Shown here one piece after another: positions 28,563-42,900 of a DNA stretch of 64,000 bases. The notes below the pieces were generated by a model that had not been told where the DNA came from, searched no databases, and was given only the letters and a program-made list of their open reading frames with translations. The translations under genes and the position numbers were made by a program. Each line of letters opens with the position of its first letter. Position 1 is the first letter of the stretch. Source of the stretch: Azolla caroliniana (taxonomy: Eukaryota > Plantae > Polypodiophyta); contig JBHGNT010000054.1 in NCBI GenBank assembly GCA_043228905.1, positions 1-64,000 on the forward strand, given 5' to 3'.

Positions 28563-31500
28563 GTGTGATATCGGATTTTGGTGTTTAAACATGCGAATCC
28601 AAGGTATCGAATCTAGCCATGATATGGAATTAAAAAATCAAGATTTTGAAACTCAAGCCAAGATACATGACGAAAACAAGAATTTTGAGGAAGGCGTAGA
28701 CAAGAGCGCCTCACTGAGTAAAAATGTTCATAGATGGCTCGTGTGATATCGGATTTTGGTGTTTAAACATGTGAATCGAAGGTAACGAATATAGCAATGA
28801 TATGGAATTAAAAAATAAACATTTTGATACTCATATCGAGAGACATGAAGAAAAAAGCAATTTTGAGGTAGGCGTAGACAAGAGCGCCTCACTGACTAAA
28901 AATGTTCATAGATGGCTCGTGTGATATCGAATTTTGGTGTTTAAACATGCAGATCGAAGGTAACGAAACTAGCCATGATATCGAATTAAAAAATCAAGAT
29001 TTTGCAACTCAGGTCGAGAGACATGAAGAAAAAAGCAATTTTGAGGAAGGCGTAGACAAGAGCGCCTCACTGACTGAAAATGTTCATAGATGGCTTGTGT
29101 GATATCGGATTTTGGTGTTTAAACATGCGAATCGAAGGTAACGAATAAAGCCATGATATGGAATTGAAAAATCAAGATTTAAAAACTCAGGTCCAGAGAC
29201 ATAAAGAGAAAAGCAAATTTGAGGAAGGCGTAGACAAGAGCGCCTCACTGAATGAAAATGTTCATAGATGGCTTGTGTGATATCGGATTTTGGTGTTTAA
29301 ACATGCGAATCGAAGGTAACGAATATAGCCATGATATGGAATTGAAAAATCAAGATTTAAAAACTTTGGTCGAGAGACATGAAGTGAAAAGCAAATTTAA
29401 GGAAGGCATAGACAAGAGCGCCTCAATGGATGAAAATGTTCATAGATTCCTCGTGTGATATCGGATTTTGGTGTTTAAACATGCGAATCGAAGGTAACGA
29501 ATATAGCCATGATATAGAATTGAAAAAATCAAGATTTAAAAACTCAGGTCGAGAGACATAAAGTAAAAAGCAAATTTAAGGAAGGTGTCGACAAGAGCGC
29601 CACAATGAATGAAAATGCTCATAGATTGCTCGTGTGATATCGGATTTTGGTGTTTAAACATGCGAATCGAAGGTAACGAATATAGCCATGATATGGAATT
29701 GAAAAATCAAGATTTAAAAACTCTGGTCGAGAGACATGAAGTGAAAAGCAAATTTAAGGAAGGCGTAGACAAGAGCGCCTCAATGGATGAAAATGTTCAT
29801 AGATTCCTCGTGTGATATCGGATTTTGGTGTTTAAACATGCGAATCGAAGGTAACGAATATAGCCATGATATGGAATTAAAAAATAAAGATTTTGAAACT
29901 CAGGTCGAGAGACATGAAGAAAAAAGCAATTTTGAGGAAGGCGTCGACAAGAGCGCCACAATGAATGAAAATGCTCATAGATTGCTCGTGTGATATCGGA
30001 TTTTGGTGTTTAAACATGCGAATCGAAGGTAACGAATCTAGCCATGATATGGAATTAAAAAATCAAGATTTTCAAACTCAAGTCGAGAGACATGAAGGAA
30101 AAAGCAAATTTGAGGAAGGCGTAGACAAGAGCGCCTCACTTACTAAAAATGTTCATAGATGGCTCGTGTGATATCGGATTTTGGTGTTTAAACATGCGAA
30201 TCGAAGGTAACGAATCTAGCCATGATATGGAATTAAAAAATAAAGAATTTGATACTCATATCGAGAGACATGAAGAAAAAAGCAATTTTGAGGTAGGCGT
30301 AGACAAGAGCGCCTCACTGACTAAAAATGTTCATAGATGGCTCGTTTGATATCGGATTTTGGTGTTTAAACATGCAAATCGAAGGTAACGAAACTAGCCA
30401 TGATATCGAATTAAAAAATCAAGATTTTGCAATTCAGGTCGAGAGACATGAAGAAAAAAGCAATTTTGAGGAAGGCGTAGACAAGAGCGCCTCACTGACT
30501 GAAAATGTGCATAGATGGCTCGTGTGATATCGAATTTTGGTGTTTAAACATGCAAATCGAAGGTAACGAAACTAGCCATGATATTGAATTAAAAAATCAA
30601 GATTTTGCAACTCAGGTCGAGAGACATGAAGAAAAAAGCAATTTTGAGGAAGGCGTAGACAAGAGCGCCTCACTGACTGAAAATGTTCATAGATGGCTTG
30701 TGTGATATCGGATTTTGGTGTTTAAACATGCGAATCGAAGGTAACGAATATAGCCACGACATGGAATTGAAAAATCAAGATTTTGAAACTCAAGTCGAGG
30801 GACATGAAGAAAAAAGCAATTTTGAGGAAGGCGTAGACAAGACCGCCTCACTTACTAAAAATGTTCATAGATGGCTCGTGTGATATCGGGTTTTGGTGTT
30901 TAAACATGCGAATTGAAGGTAACGAATATAGCCATGATATGGAATTGAAAAATCAAGATTTAAAAACTCAGGTCGAGAGACATAAAGTAAAAAGCAAATT
31001 TAAGGAAGCCGTCGACAAGAGCGCCACAATGAATGAAAATGCTCATAGATTGCTCGTGTGATATCGGATTTTGGTGTTTAAACATGCGAATCGAAGGTAA
31101 CGAAACTAGCCATGATATCGAATTAAAAAATCAAGATTTTGCAACTCAGGTCGAGAGACATGAAGAAAAAAGCAATTTTGAGGAAGGCGTAGACAAGAGC
31201 GCCTCACTGACTGAAAATGTTCATAGATGGCTTGTGTGATATCGGATTTTGGTGTTTAAACATGCGAATCGAAGGTAACGGATAAAGCCATGATATGGAA
31301 TTGAAAAATCAAGATTTAAAAACTCAGGTCCAGAGACATAAAGAGAAAAGCAAATTTGAGGAAGCCGTAGACAAGAGCGCCTCACTGAATGAAAATGTTC
31401 ATAGATGGCTTGTGTGATATCGGATTTTGGTGTTTAAACATGCGAATCGAAGGTAACGAATATAGCCATGATATGGAATTGAAAAATCAAGATTTAAAAA

Positions 31501-31589
31501 CTTTGGTCGAGAGACATGAAGTGAAAAGCAAATTTAAGGAAGGCATAGACAAGAGCGCCTCAATGGATGAAAATGTTCATAGATTCCTC

Positions 31590-31716
31590 GTGTGATATCG
31601 GATTTTGGTGTTTAAACATGCGAATCGAAGGTAACGAATATAGCCATGATATGGAATTGAAAAAATCAAGATTTAAAAACTCAGGTCCAGAGACATGAAG
31701 TAAAAAGCAAATTTAA
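31590..31716 (+). repeat. Truncated 127-bp monomer, copy 3
   Basis: Junction GCAAATTTAA|GTGTGATATC at 31716/31717. Confidence 0.95.
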
Positions 31717-34700
31717 GTGTGATATCGGATTTTGGTGTTTAAACATGCGAATCCAAGGTATCGAATCTAGCCATGATATGGAATTAAAAAATCAAGATTT
31801 TGAAACTCAAGCCAAGATACATGACGAAAACAAGAATTTTGAGGAAGGCGTAGACAAGAGCGCCTCACTGAGTAAAAATGTTCATAGATGGCTCGTGTGA
31901 TATCGGATTTTGGTGTTTAAACATGTGAATCGAAGGTAACGAATATAGCAATGATATGGAATTAAAAAATAAACATTTTGATACTCATATCGAGAGACAT
32001 GAAGAAAAAAGCAATTTTGAGGTAGGCGTAGACAAGAGCGCCTCACTGACTAAAAATGTTCATAGATGGCTCGTGTGATATCGAATTTTGGTGTTTAAAC
32101 ATGCAGATCGAAGGTAACGAAACTAGCCATGATATCGAATTAAAAAATCAAGATTTTGCAACTCAGGTCGAGAGACATGAAGAAAAAAGCAATTTTGAGG
32201 AAGGCGTCGACAAGAGCGCCACAATGAATGAAAATGCTCATAGATTGCTCGTGTGATATCGGATTTTGGTGTTTAAACATGCAAATCGAAGGTAACGAAA
32301 CTAGCCATGATATCGAATTGAAAAATCAAGATTTTGAAACTCAAGTCGAGAGACATGAAGAAAAAAGCAATTTTGAGGAAGGCGTAGACAAGAGCGGCTC
32401 ACTTACTAAAAATGTTCATAGATGGCTCGTGTGATATCGGATTTTGGTGTTTAAACATGCGAATCGAATGTAACGAATCTAGCCATCATATGGAATTAAA
32501 AAATAAAGAATTTGATACTCATATCGAGAGACATGAAGAAAAAAGCAATTTTGAGGTAGGCGTAGACAAGAGCGCCTCACTGACTAAAAATGTTCATAGA
32601 TGGCTCGTTTGATATCGGATTTTGGTGTTTAAACATGCGAATCGAAGGTAACGAATAAAGCCATGATATGGAATTGAAAAATCAAGATTTAAAAACTCAG
32701 GTCCAGAGACATAAAGAGAAAAGCAAATTTGAGGAAGGCGTAGACAAGAGCGCCTCACTGAATGAAAATGTTCATAGATGGCTTGTGTGATATCGGATTT
32801 TGGTGTTTAAACATGCGAATCGAAGGTAACGAATATAGCCATGATATGGAATTGAAAAATCAAGATTTAAAAACTTTGGTCGAGAGACATGAAGTGAAAA
32901 GCAAATTTAAGGAAGGCATAGACAAGAGCGCCTCAATGGATGAAAATGTTCATAGATTCCTCGTGTGATATCGGATTTTGGTGTTTAAACATGCGAATCG
33001 AAGGTAACGAATATAGCCATGATATAGAATTGAAAAAATCAAGATTTAAAAACTCAGGTCGAGAGACATAAAGTAAAAAGCAAATTTAAGGAAGGTGTCG
33101 ACAAGAGCGCCACAATGAATGAAAATGCTCATAGATTGCTCGTGTGATATCGGATTTTGGTGTTTAAACATGCGAATCGAAGGTAACGAATATAGCCATG
33201 ATATGGAATTGAAAAATCAAGATTTAAAAACTCTGGTCGAGAGACATGAAGTGAAAAGCAAATTTAAGGAAGGCGTAGACAAGAGCGCCTCAATGGATGA
33301 AAATGTTCATAGATTCCTCGTGTGATATCGGATTTTGGTGTTTAAACATGCGAATCGAAGGTAACGAATATAGCCATGATATGGAATTAAAAAATAAAGA
33401 TTTTGAAACTCAGGTCGAGAGACATGAAGAAAAAAGCAATTTTGAGGAAGGCGTCGACAAGAGCGCCACAATGAATGAAAATGCTCATAGATTGCTCGTG
33501 TGATATCGGATTTTGGTGTTTAAACATGCGAATCGAAGGTAACGAATCTAGCCATGATATGGAATTAAAAAATCAAGATTTTCAAACTCAAGTCGAGAGA
33601 CATGAAGGAAAAAGCAAATTTGAGGAAGGCGTAGACAAGAGCGCCTCACTTACTAAAAATGTTCATAGATGGCTCGTGTGATATCGGATTTTGGTGTTTA
33701 AACATGCGAATCGAAGGTAACGAATCTAGCCATGATATGGAATTAAAAAATAAAGAATTTGATACTCATATCGAGAGACATGAAGAAAAAAGCAATTTTG
33801 AGGTAGGCGTAGACAAGAGCGCCTCACTGACTAAAAATGTTCATAGATGGCTCGTTTGATATCGGATTTTGGTGTTTAAACATGCAAATCGAAGGTAACG
33901 AAACTAGCCATGATATCGAATTAAAAAATCAAGATTTTGCAATTCAGGTCGAGAGACATGAAGAAAAAAGCAATTTTGAGGAAGGCGTAGACAAGAGCGC
34001 CTCACTGACTGAAAATGTGCATAGATGGCTCGTGTGATATCGAATTTTGGTGTTTAAACATGCAAATCGAAGGTAACGAAACTAGCCATGATATTGAATT
34101 AAAAAATCAAGATTTTGCAACTCAGGTCGAGAGACATGAAGAAAAAAGCAATTTTGAGGAAGGCGTAGACAAGAGCGCCTCACTGACTGAAAATGTTCAT
34201 AGATGGCTTGTGTGATATCGGATTTTGGTGTTTAAACATGCGAATCGAAGGTAACGAATATAGCCACGACATGGAATTGAAAAATCAAGATTTTGAAACT
34301 CAAGTCGAGGGACATGAAGAAAAAAGCAATTTTGAGGAAGGCGTAGACAAGACCGCCTCACTTACTAAAAATGTTCATAGATGGCTCGTGTGATATCGGG
34401 TTTTGGTGTTTAAACATGCGAATTGAAGGTAACGAATATAGCCATGATATGGAATTGAAAAATCAAGATTTAAAAACTCAGGTCGAGAGACATAAAGTAA
34501 AAAGCAAATTTAAGGAAGCCGTCGACAAGAGCGCCACAATGAATGAAAATGCTCATAGATTGCTCGTGTGATATCGGATTTTGGTGTTTAAACATGCGAA
34601 TCGAAGGTAACGAAACTAGCCATGATATCGAATTAAAAAATCAAGATTTTGCAACTCAGGTCGAGAGACATGAAGAAAAAAGCAATTTTGAGGAAGGCGT

Positions 34701-35099
34701 AGACAAGAGCGCCTCACTGACTGAAAATGTTCATAGATGGCTTGTGTGATATCGGATTTTGGTGTTTAAACATGCGAATCGAAGGTAACGGATAAAGCCA
34801 TGATATGGAATTGAAAAATCAAGATTTAAAAACTCAGGTCCAGAGACATAAAGAGAAAAGCAAATTTGAGGAAGCCGTAGACAAGAGCGCCTCACTGAAT
34901 GAAAATGTTCATAGATGGCTTGTGTGATATCGGATTTTGGTGTTTAAACATGCGAATCGAAGGTAACGAATATAGCCATGATATGGAATTGAAAAATCAA
35001 GATTTAAAAACTTTGGTCGAGAGACATGAAGTGAAAAGCAAATTTAAGGAAGGCATAGACAAGAGCGCCTCAATGGATGAAAATGTTCATAGATTCCTC

Positions 35100-35226
35100 G
35101 TGTGATATCGGATTTTGGTGTTTAAACATGCGAATCGAAGGTAACGAATATAGCCATGATATGGAATTGAAAAAATCAAGATTTAAAAACTCAGGTCCAG
35201 AGACATGAAGTAAAAAGCAAATTTAA
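35100..35226 (+). repeat. Truncated 127-bp monomer, copy 4
   Basis: Junction GCAAATTTAA|GTGTGATATC at 35226/35227. Confidence 0.95.
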
Positions 35227-38200
35227 GTGTGATATCGGATTTTGGTGTTTAAACATGCGAATCCAAGGTATCGAATCTAGCCATGATATGGAATTAAAAA
35301 ATCAAGATTTTGAAACTCAAGCCAAGATACATGACGAAAACAAGAATTTTGAGGAAGGCGTAGACAAGAGCGCCTCACTGAGTAAAAATGTTCATAGATG
35401 GCTCGTGTGATATCGGATTTTGGTGTTTAAACATGTGAATCGAAGGTAACGAATATAGCAATGATATGGAATTAAAAAATAAACATTTTGATACTCATAT
35501 CGAGAGACATGAAGAAAAAAGCAATTTTGAGGTAGGCGTAGACAAGAGCGCCTCACTGACTAAAAATGTTCATAGATGGCTCGTGTGATATCGAATTTTG
35601 GTGTTTAAACATGCAGATCGAAGGTAACGAAACTAGCCATGATATCGAATTAAAAAATCAAGATTTTGCAACTCAGGTCGAGAGACATGAAGAAAAAAGC
35701 AATTTTGAGGAAGGCGTCGACAAGAGCGCCACAATGAATGAAAATGCTCATAGATTGCTCGTGTGATATCGGATTTTGGTGTTTAAACATGCAAATCGAA
35801 GGTAACGAAACTAGCCATGATATCGAATTGAAAAATCAAGATTTTGAAACTCAAGTCGAGAGACATGAAGAAAAAAGCAATTTTGAGGAAGGCGTAGACA
35901 AGAGCGCCTCACTTACTAAAAATGTTCATAGATGGCTCGTGTGATATCGGATTTTGGTGTTTAAACATGCGAATCGAATGTAACGAATCTAGCCATCATA
36001 TGGAATTAAAAAATAAAGAATTTGATACTCATATCGAGAGACATGAAGAAAAAAGCAATTTTGAGGTAGGCGTAGACAAGAGCGCCTCACTGACTAAAAA
36101 TGTTCATAGATGGCTCGTTTGATATCGGATTTTGGTGTTTAAACATGCAAATCGAAGGTAACGAAACTAGCCATGATATCGAATTGAAAAATCAAGATTT
36201 TGCAACTCAGGTCGAGAGACATGAAGAAAAAAGCAATTTTGAGGAAGGCGTAGACAAGAGCGCCTCACTGACTGAAAATGTTCATAGATGGCTTGTGTGA
36301 TATCGGATTTTGGTGTTTAAACATGCGAATCGAAGGTAACGAATAAAGCCATGATATGGAATTGAAAAATCAAGATTTAAAAACTCAGGTCCAGAGACAT
36401 AAAGAGAAAAGCAAATTTGAGGAAGGCGTAGACAAGAGCGCCTCACTGAATGAAAATGTTCATAGATGGCTTGTGTGATATCGGATTTTGGTGTTTAAAC
36501 ATGCGAATCGAAGGTAACGAATATAGCCATGATATGGAATTGAAAAATCAAGATTTAAAAACTTTGGTCGAGAGACATGAAGTGAAAAGCAAATTTAAGG
36601 AAGGCATAGACAAGAGCGCCTCAATGGATGAAAATGTTCATAGATTCCTCGTGTGATATCGGATTTTGGTGTTTAAACATGCGAATCGAAGGTAACGAAT
36701 ATAGCCATGATATAGAATTGAAAAAATCAAGATTTAAAAACTCAGGTCGAGAGACATAAAGTAAAAAGCAAATTTAAGGAAGGTGTCGACAAGAGCGCCA
36801 CAATGAATGAAAATGCTCATAGATTCCTCGTGTGATATCGGATTTTGGTGTTTAAACATGCGAATCGAAGGTAACGAATATAGCCATGATATGGAATTGA
36901 AAAAATCAAGATTTAAAAACTCAGGTCGAGAGACATAAAGTAAAAAGCAAATTTAAGGAAGGTGTCGACAAGAGCGCCACAATGAATGAAAATGCTCATA
37001 GATTGCTCGTGTGATATCGGATTTTGGTGTTTAAACATGCGAATCGAAGGTAACGAGTATAGCCATGATATGGAATTGAAAAATCAAGATTTAAAAACTC
37101 TAGTCGAGAGACATGAAGTGAGAAGCAAATTTAAGGAAGGCGTAGACAAGAGCGCCTCAATGGATGAAAATGTTCATAGATTCCTCGTGTGATATCGGAT
37201 TTTGGTGTTTAAACATGCGAATCAAAGGTAACGAATATAGCCATGATATGGAATTAAAAAATCAAGATTTTCAAACTCAAGTCGAGAGACATGAAGGAAA
37301 AAGCAAATTTGAGGAAGGCGTAGACAAGAGCGCCTCACTTACTAAAAATGTTCATAGATGGCTCGTGTGATATCGGATTTTGGTGTTTAAACATGCGAAT
37401 CGAAGGTAACGAATCTAGCCATCATATGGAATTAAAAAATAAAGAATTTGATACTCATATCGAGAGACATGAAGAAAAAAGCAATTTTGAGGTAGGCGTA
37501 GACAAGAGCGCCTCACTGACAAAAAATGTTCATAGATGGCTCGTTTGATATCGGATTTTGGTGTTTAAACATGCAAATCGAAGGTAACGAAACTAGCCAT
37601 GATATCGAATTGAAAAATCAAGATTTTGAAACTCAAGTCGAGAGACATGAAGAAAAAAGCAATTTTGAGGAAGGCGTAGACAAGAGCGCCTCACTGACTG
37701 AAAATGTTCCTAGATGGCTTGTGTGATATCGGATTTTGGTGTTTAAACCTGCGAATCGAAGGTAACGAATATAGCCATGATATGGAATTGAAAAAATCAA
37801 GATTTAAAAACTCAGGTCGAGAGACATAAAGTAAAAAGCAAATTTAAGGAAGCCGTCGACAAGAGCGCCACAATGAATGAAAATGCTCATAGATTGCTCG
37901 TGTGATATCGGATTTTGGTGTTTAAACATGTGAATCGAAGGTAACGAATATAGCCATGATATGGAATTGAAAAATCAAGATTTAAAAACTCATGGTCGAG
38001 AGACATGAAGTGAAAAGCAAATTTAAGGAAGGCGTAGACAAGAGCGCCTCAATGGATGAAAATGTTCATAGATTCCTCGTGTGATATCGGATTTTGGTGT
38101 TTAAACATGCGAATCGAAGGTAACGAATATAGCCATGATATGGAATTAAAAAATAAAGATTTTGAAACTCAGGTCGAGAGACATGAAGAAAAAAGCAATT

Positions 38201-39860
38201 TTGAGGAAGGCGTCGACAAGAGCGCCACAATGAATGAAAATGCTCATAGATTGCTCGTGTGATATCGGATTTTGGTGTTTAAACATGCGAATCGAAGGTA
38301 ACGAATCTAGCCATGATATGGAATTAAAAAATCAAGATTTTCAAACTCAAGTCGAGAGACATGAAGGAAAAAGCAAATTTGAGGAAGGCGTAGACAAGAG
38401 CGCCTCACTTACTAAAAATGTTCATAGATGGCTCGTGTGATATCGGATTTTGGTGTTTAAACATGCGAATCGATGGTAACGAAACTAGCCACGATATGGA
38501 ATTGAAAAATCAAGATTTTGAAACTCAAGTCGAGAGACATGAAGAAAAAAGCAATTTTGAGGAAGGCGTAGACAAGAGCGCCTCACTGACTGAAAATGTT
38601 CATAGATGGCTTGTGTGATATCGGATTTTGGTGTTTAAACATGCGAATCGAAGGTAACGAATCTAGCCATGATATGGAATTAAAAAATCAAGATTTTGAA
38701 ACTCAAGTCGAGAGACATGAAGAAAAAAGCAATTTTGAGGAAGGCGTAGACAAGAGCGCCTCACTGACTGAAAATGTTCCTAGATGGCTTGTGTGATATC
38801 GGATTTTGGTGTTTAAACCTGCGAATCGAAGGTAACGAATATAGCCATGATATGGAATTGAAAAATCAAGATTTAAAAACTCAGGTCCAGAGACATGAAG
38901 TAAAAAGCAAATTTAAGGAAGCCGTCGACAAGAGCGCCACAATGAATGAAAATACTAATAGATTCCTCGTGTGATATCGGATTTTGGTGTTTAAACATGG
39001 GAATTGAAGGTAACGAAACTAGCCATGATATGGAATAAAAAAATCAAGATTTTGAAACTCAAGTCGAGAGACATGAAGCAAAAAGCAATTTTGAGGAAGG
39101 CGTAGACAGGAGCGACACAATGAATGAAAATGTTCATAGATGGCTCGTGTGATATCGTATTTTGGTGTTTAAACATGCGAATCGAAGGTAACGAATCTAG
39201 CCATGATATGGAATTAAAAAATAAAGAATTTGATACTCATATCGAGAGACATGAAGAAAAAAGCAATTTTGAGGTAGGCGTAGACAAGAGCGCCTCACTG
39301 ACTAAAAATGTTCATAGATGGCTCGTTTGATATCGGATTTTGGTGTTTAAACATGCAAATCGAAGGTAACGAAACTAGCCATGATATCGAATTGAAAAAT
39401 CAAGATTTTGAAACTCAAGTCGAGAGACATGAAGAAAAAAGCAATTTTGAGGAAGGCGTAGACAAGAGCGCCTCACTGACTGAAAATGTTCCTAGATGGC
39501 TTGTGTGATATCGGATTTTGGTGTTTAAACTTGCGAATCGAAGGTAACGAATATAGCCATGATATGGAATTGAAAAAATCAAGATTTAAAAACTCAGGTC
39601 GAGAGACATAAAGTAAAAAGCAAATTTAAGGAAGCCGTCGACAAGAGCGCCACAATGAATGAAAATGCTCATAGATTGCTCGTGTGATATCGGATTTTGG
39701 TGTTTAAACATGTGAATCGAAGGTAACGAATATAGCCATGAAATGGAATTGAAAAATCAAGATTTAAAAACTCATGGTCGAGAGACATGAAGTGAAAAGC
39801 AAATTTAAGGAAGGCGTAGACAAGAGCGCCTCAATGGATGAAAATGTTCATAGATTCCTC

Positions 39861-39987
39861 GTGTGATATCGGATTTTGGTGTTTAAACATGCGAATCGAA
39901 GGTAACGAATATAGCCATGATATGGAATTGAAAAAATCAAGATTTAAAAACTCAGGTCCAGAGACATGAAGTAAAAAGCAAATTTAA
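39861..39987 (+). repeat. Truncated 127-bp monomer, copy 5
   Basis: Junction GCAAATTTAA|GTGTGATATC at 39987/39988. Confidence 0.95.
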
Positions 39988-42900
39988 GTGTGATATCGGA
40001 TTTTGGTGTTTAAACATGCGAATCCAAGGTATCGAATCTAGCCATGATATGGAATTAAAAAATCAAGATTTTGAAACTCAAGCCAAGATACATGACGAAA
40101 ACAAGAATTTTGAGGAAGGCGTAGACAAGAGCGCCTCACTGAGTAAAAATGTTCATAGATGGCTCGTGTGATATCGGATTTTGGTGTTTAAACATGTGAA
40201 TCGAAGGTAACGAATATAGCAATGATATGGAATTAAAAAATAAACATTTTGATACTCATATCGAGAGACATGAAGAAAAAAGCAATTTTGAGGTAGGCGT
40301 AGACAAGAGCGCCTCACTGACTAAAAATGTTCATAGATGGCTCGTGTGATATTGAATTTTGGTGTTTAAACATGCAGATCGAAGGTAACGAAACTAGCCA
40401 TGATATCGAATTAAAAAATCAAGATTTTGCAACTCAGGTCGAGAGACATGAAGAAAAAAGCAATTTTGAGGAAGGCGTCGACAAGAGCGCCACAATGAAT
40501 GAAAATGCTCATAGATTGCTCGTGTGATATCGGATTTTGGTGTTTAAACATGCAAATCGAAGGTAACGAAACTAGCCATGATATCGAATTGAAAAATCAA
40601 GATTTTGAAACTCAAGTCGAGAGACATGAAGAAAAAAGCAATTTTGAGGAAGGCGTAGACAAGAGCGCCTCACTTACTAAAAATGTTCATAGATGGCTCG
40701 TGTGATATCGGATTTTGGTGTTTAAACATGCGAATCGAATGTAACGAATCTAGCCATCATATGGAATTAAAAAATAAAGAATTTGATACTCATATCGAGA
40801 GACATGAAGAAAAAAGCAATTTTGAGGTAGGCGTAGACAAGAGCGCCTCACTGACTAAAAATGTTCATAGATGGCTCGTTTGATATCGGATTTTGGTGTT
40901 TAAACATGCAAATCGAAGGTAACGAAACTAGCCATGATATCGAATTGAAAAATCAAGATTTTGCAACTCAGGTCGAGAGACATGAAGAAAAAAGCAATTT
41001 TGAGGAAGGCGTAGACAAGAGCGCCTCACTGACTGAAAATGTTCATAGATGGCTTGTGTGATATCGGATTTTGGTGTTTAAACATGCGAATCGAAGGTAA
41101 CGAATAAAGACATGATATGGAATTGAAAAATCAAGATTTAAAAACTCAGGTCCAGAGACATAAAGAGAAAAGCAAATTTGAGGAAGGCGTAGACAAGAGC
41201 GCCTCACTGAATGAAAATGTTCATAGATGGCTTGTGTGATATCGGATTTTGGTGTTTAAACATGCGAATCGAAGGTAACGAATATAGCCATGATATGGAA
41301 TTGAAAAATCAAGATTTAAAAACTTTGGTCGAGAGACATGAAGTGAAAAGCAAATTTAAGGAAGGCATAGACAAGAGCGCCTCAATGGATGAAAATGTTC
41401 ATAGATTCCTCGTGTGATATCGGATTTTGGTGTTTAAACATGCGAATCGAAGGTAACGAATATAGCCATGATATAGAATTGAAAAAATCAAGATTTAAAA
41501 ACTCAGGTCGAGAGACATAAAGTAAAAAGCAAATTTAAGGAAGGTGTCGACAAGAGCGCCACAATGAATGAAAATGCTCATAGATTCCTCGTGTGATATC
41601 GGATTTTGGTGTTTAAACATGCGAATCGAAGGTAACGAATATAGCCATGATATGGAATTGAAAAAATCAAGATTTAAAAACTCAGGTCGAGAGACATAAA
41701 GTAAAAAGCAAATTTAAGGAAGGTGTCGACAAGAGCGCCACAATGAATGAAAATGCTCATAGATTGCTCGTGTGATATCGGATTTTGGTGTTTAAACATG
41801 CGAATCGAAGGTAACGAGTATAGCCATGATATGGAATTGAAAAATCAAGATTTAAAAACTCTAGTCGAGAGACATGAAGTGAGAAGCAAATTTAAGGAAG
41901 GCGTAGACAAGAGCGCCTCAATGGATGAAAATGTTCATAGATTCCTCGTGTGATATCGGATTTTGGTGTTTAAACATGCGAATCAAAGGTAACGAATATA
42001 GCCATGATATGGAATTAAAAAATCAAGATTTTCAAACTCAAGTCGAGAGACATGAAGGAAAAAGCAAATTTGAGGAAGGCGTAGACAAGAGCGCCTCACT
42101 TACTAAAAATGTTCATAGATGGCTCGTGTGATATCGGATTTTGGTGTTTAAACATGCGAATCGAAGGTAACGAATCTAGCCATCATATGGAATTAAAAAA
42201 TAAAGAATTTGATACTCATATCGAGAGACATGAAGAAAAAAGCAATTTTGAGGTAGGCGTAGACAAGAGCGCCTCACTGACAAAAAATGTTCATAGATGG
42301 CTCGTTTGATATCGGATTTTGGTGTTTAAACATGCAAATCGAAGGTAACGAAACTAGCCATGATATCGAATTGAAAAATCAAGATTTTGAAACTCAAGTC
42401 GAGAGACATGAAGAAAAAAGCAATTTTGAGGAAGGCGTAGACAAGAGCGCCTCACTGACTGAAAATGTTCCTAGATGGCTTGTGTGATATCGGATTTTGG
42501 TGTTTAAACCTGCGAATCGAAGGTAACGAATATAGCCATGATATGGAATTGAAAAAATCAAGATTTAAAAACTCAGGTCGAGAGACATAAAGTAAAAAGC
42601 AAATTTAAGGAAGCCGTCGACAAGAGCGCCACAATGAATGAAAATGCTCATAGATTGCTCGTGTGATATCGGATTTTGGTGTTTAAACATGTGAATCGAA
42701 GGTAACGAATATAGCCATGATATGGAATTGAAAAATCAAGATTTAAAAACTCATGGTCGAGAGACATGAAGTGAAAAGCAAATTTAAGGAAGGCGTAGAC
42801 AAGAGCGCCTCAATGGATGAAAATGTTCATAGATTCCTCGTGTGATATCGGATTTTGGTGTTTAAACATGCGAATCGAAGGTAACGAATATAGCCATGAT

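Larger units (their letters stand above)
22110..36150 (+). repeat. Young HOR block: four near-identical copies with periods 3332, 3154 and 3510 bp (19, 18 and 20 monomers)
   Basis: Marker GAGGGAC at 24311, 27643, 30797, 34307. AACGGATAAAG, GCAATTCAGG, AATGTGCAT and the 127-bp truncated monomer follow the same spacings. ORF series beginning 22766, 26098, 29252, 32762 are identical in translation. Confidence 0.95.
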
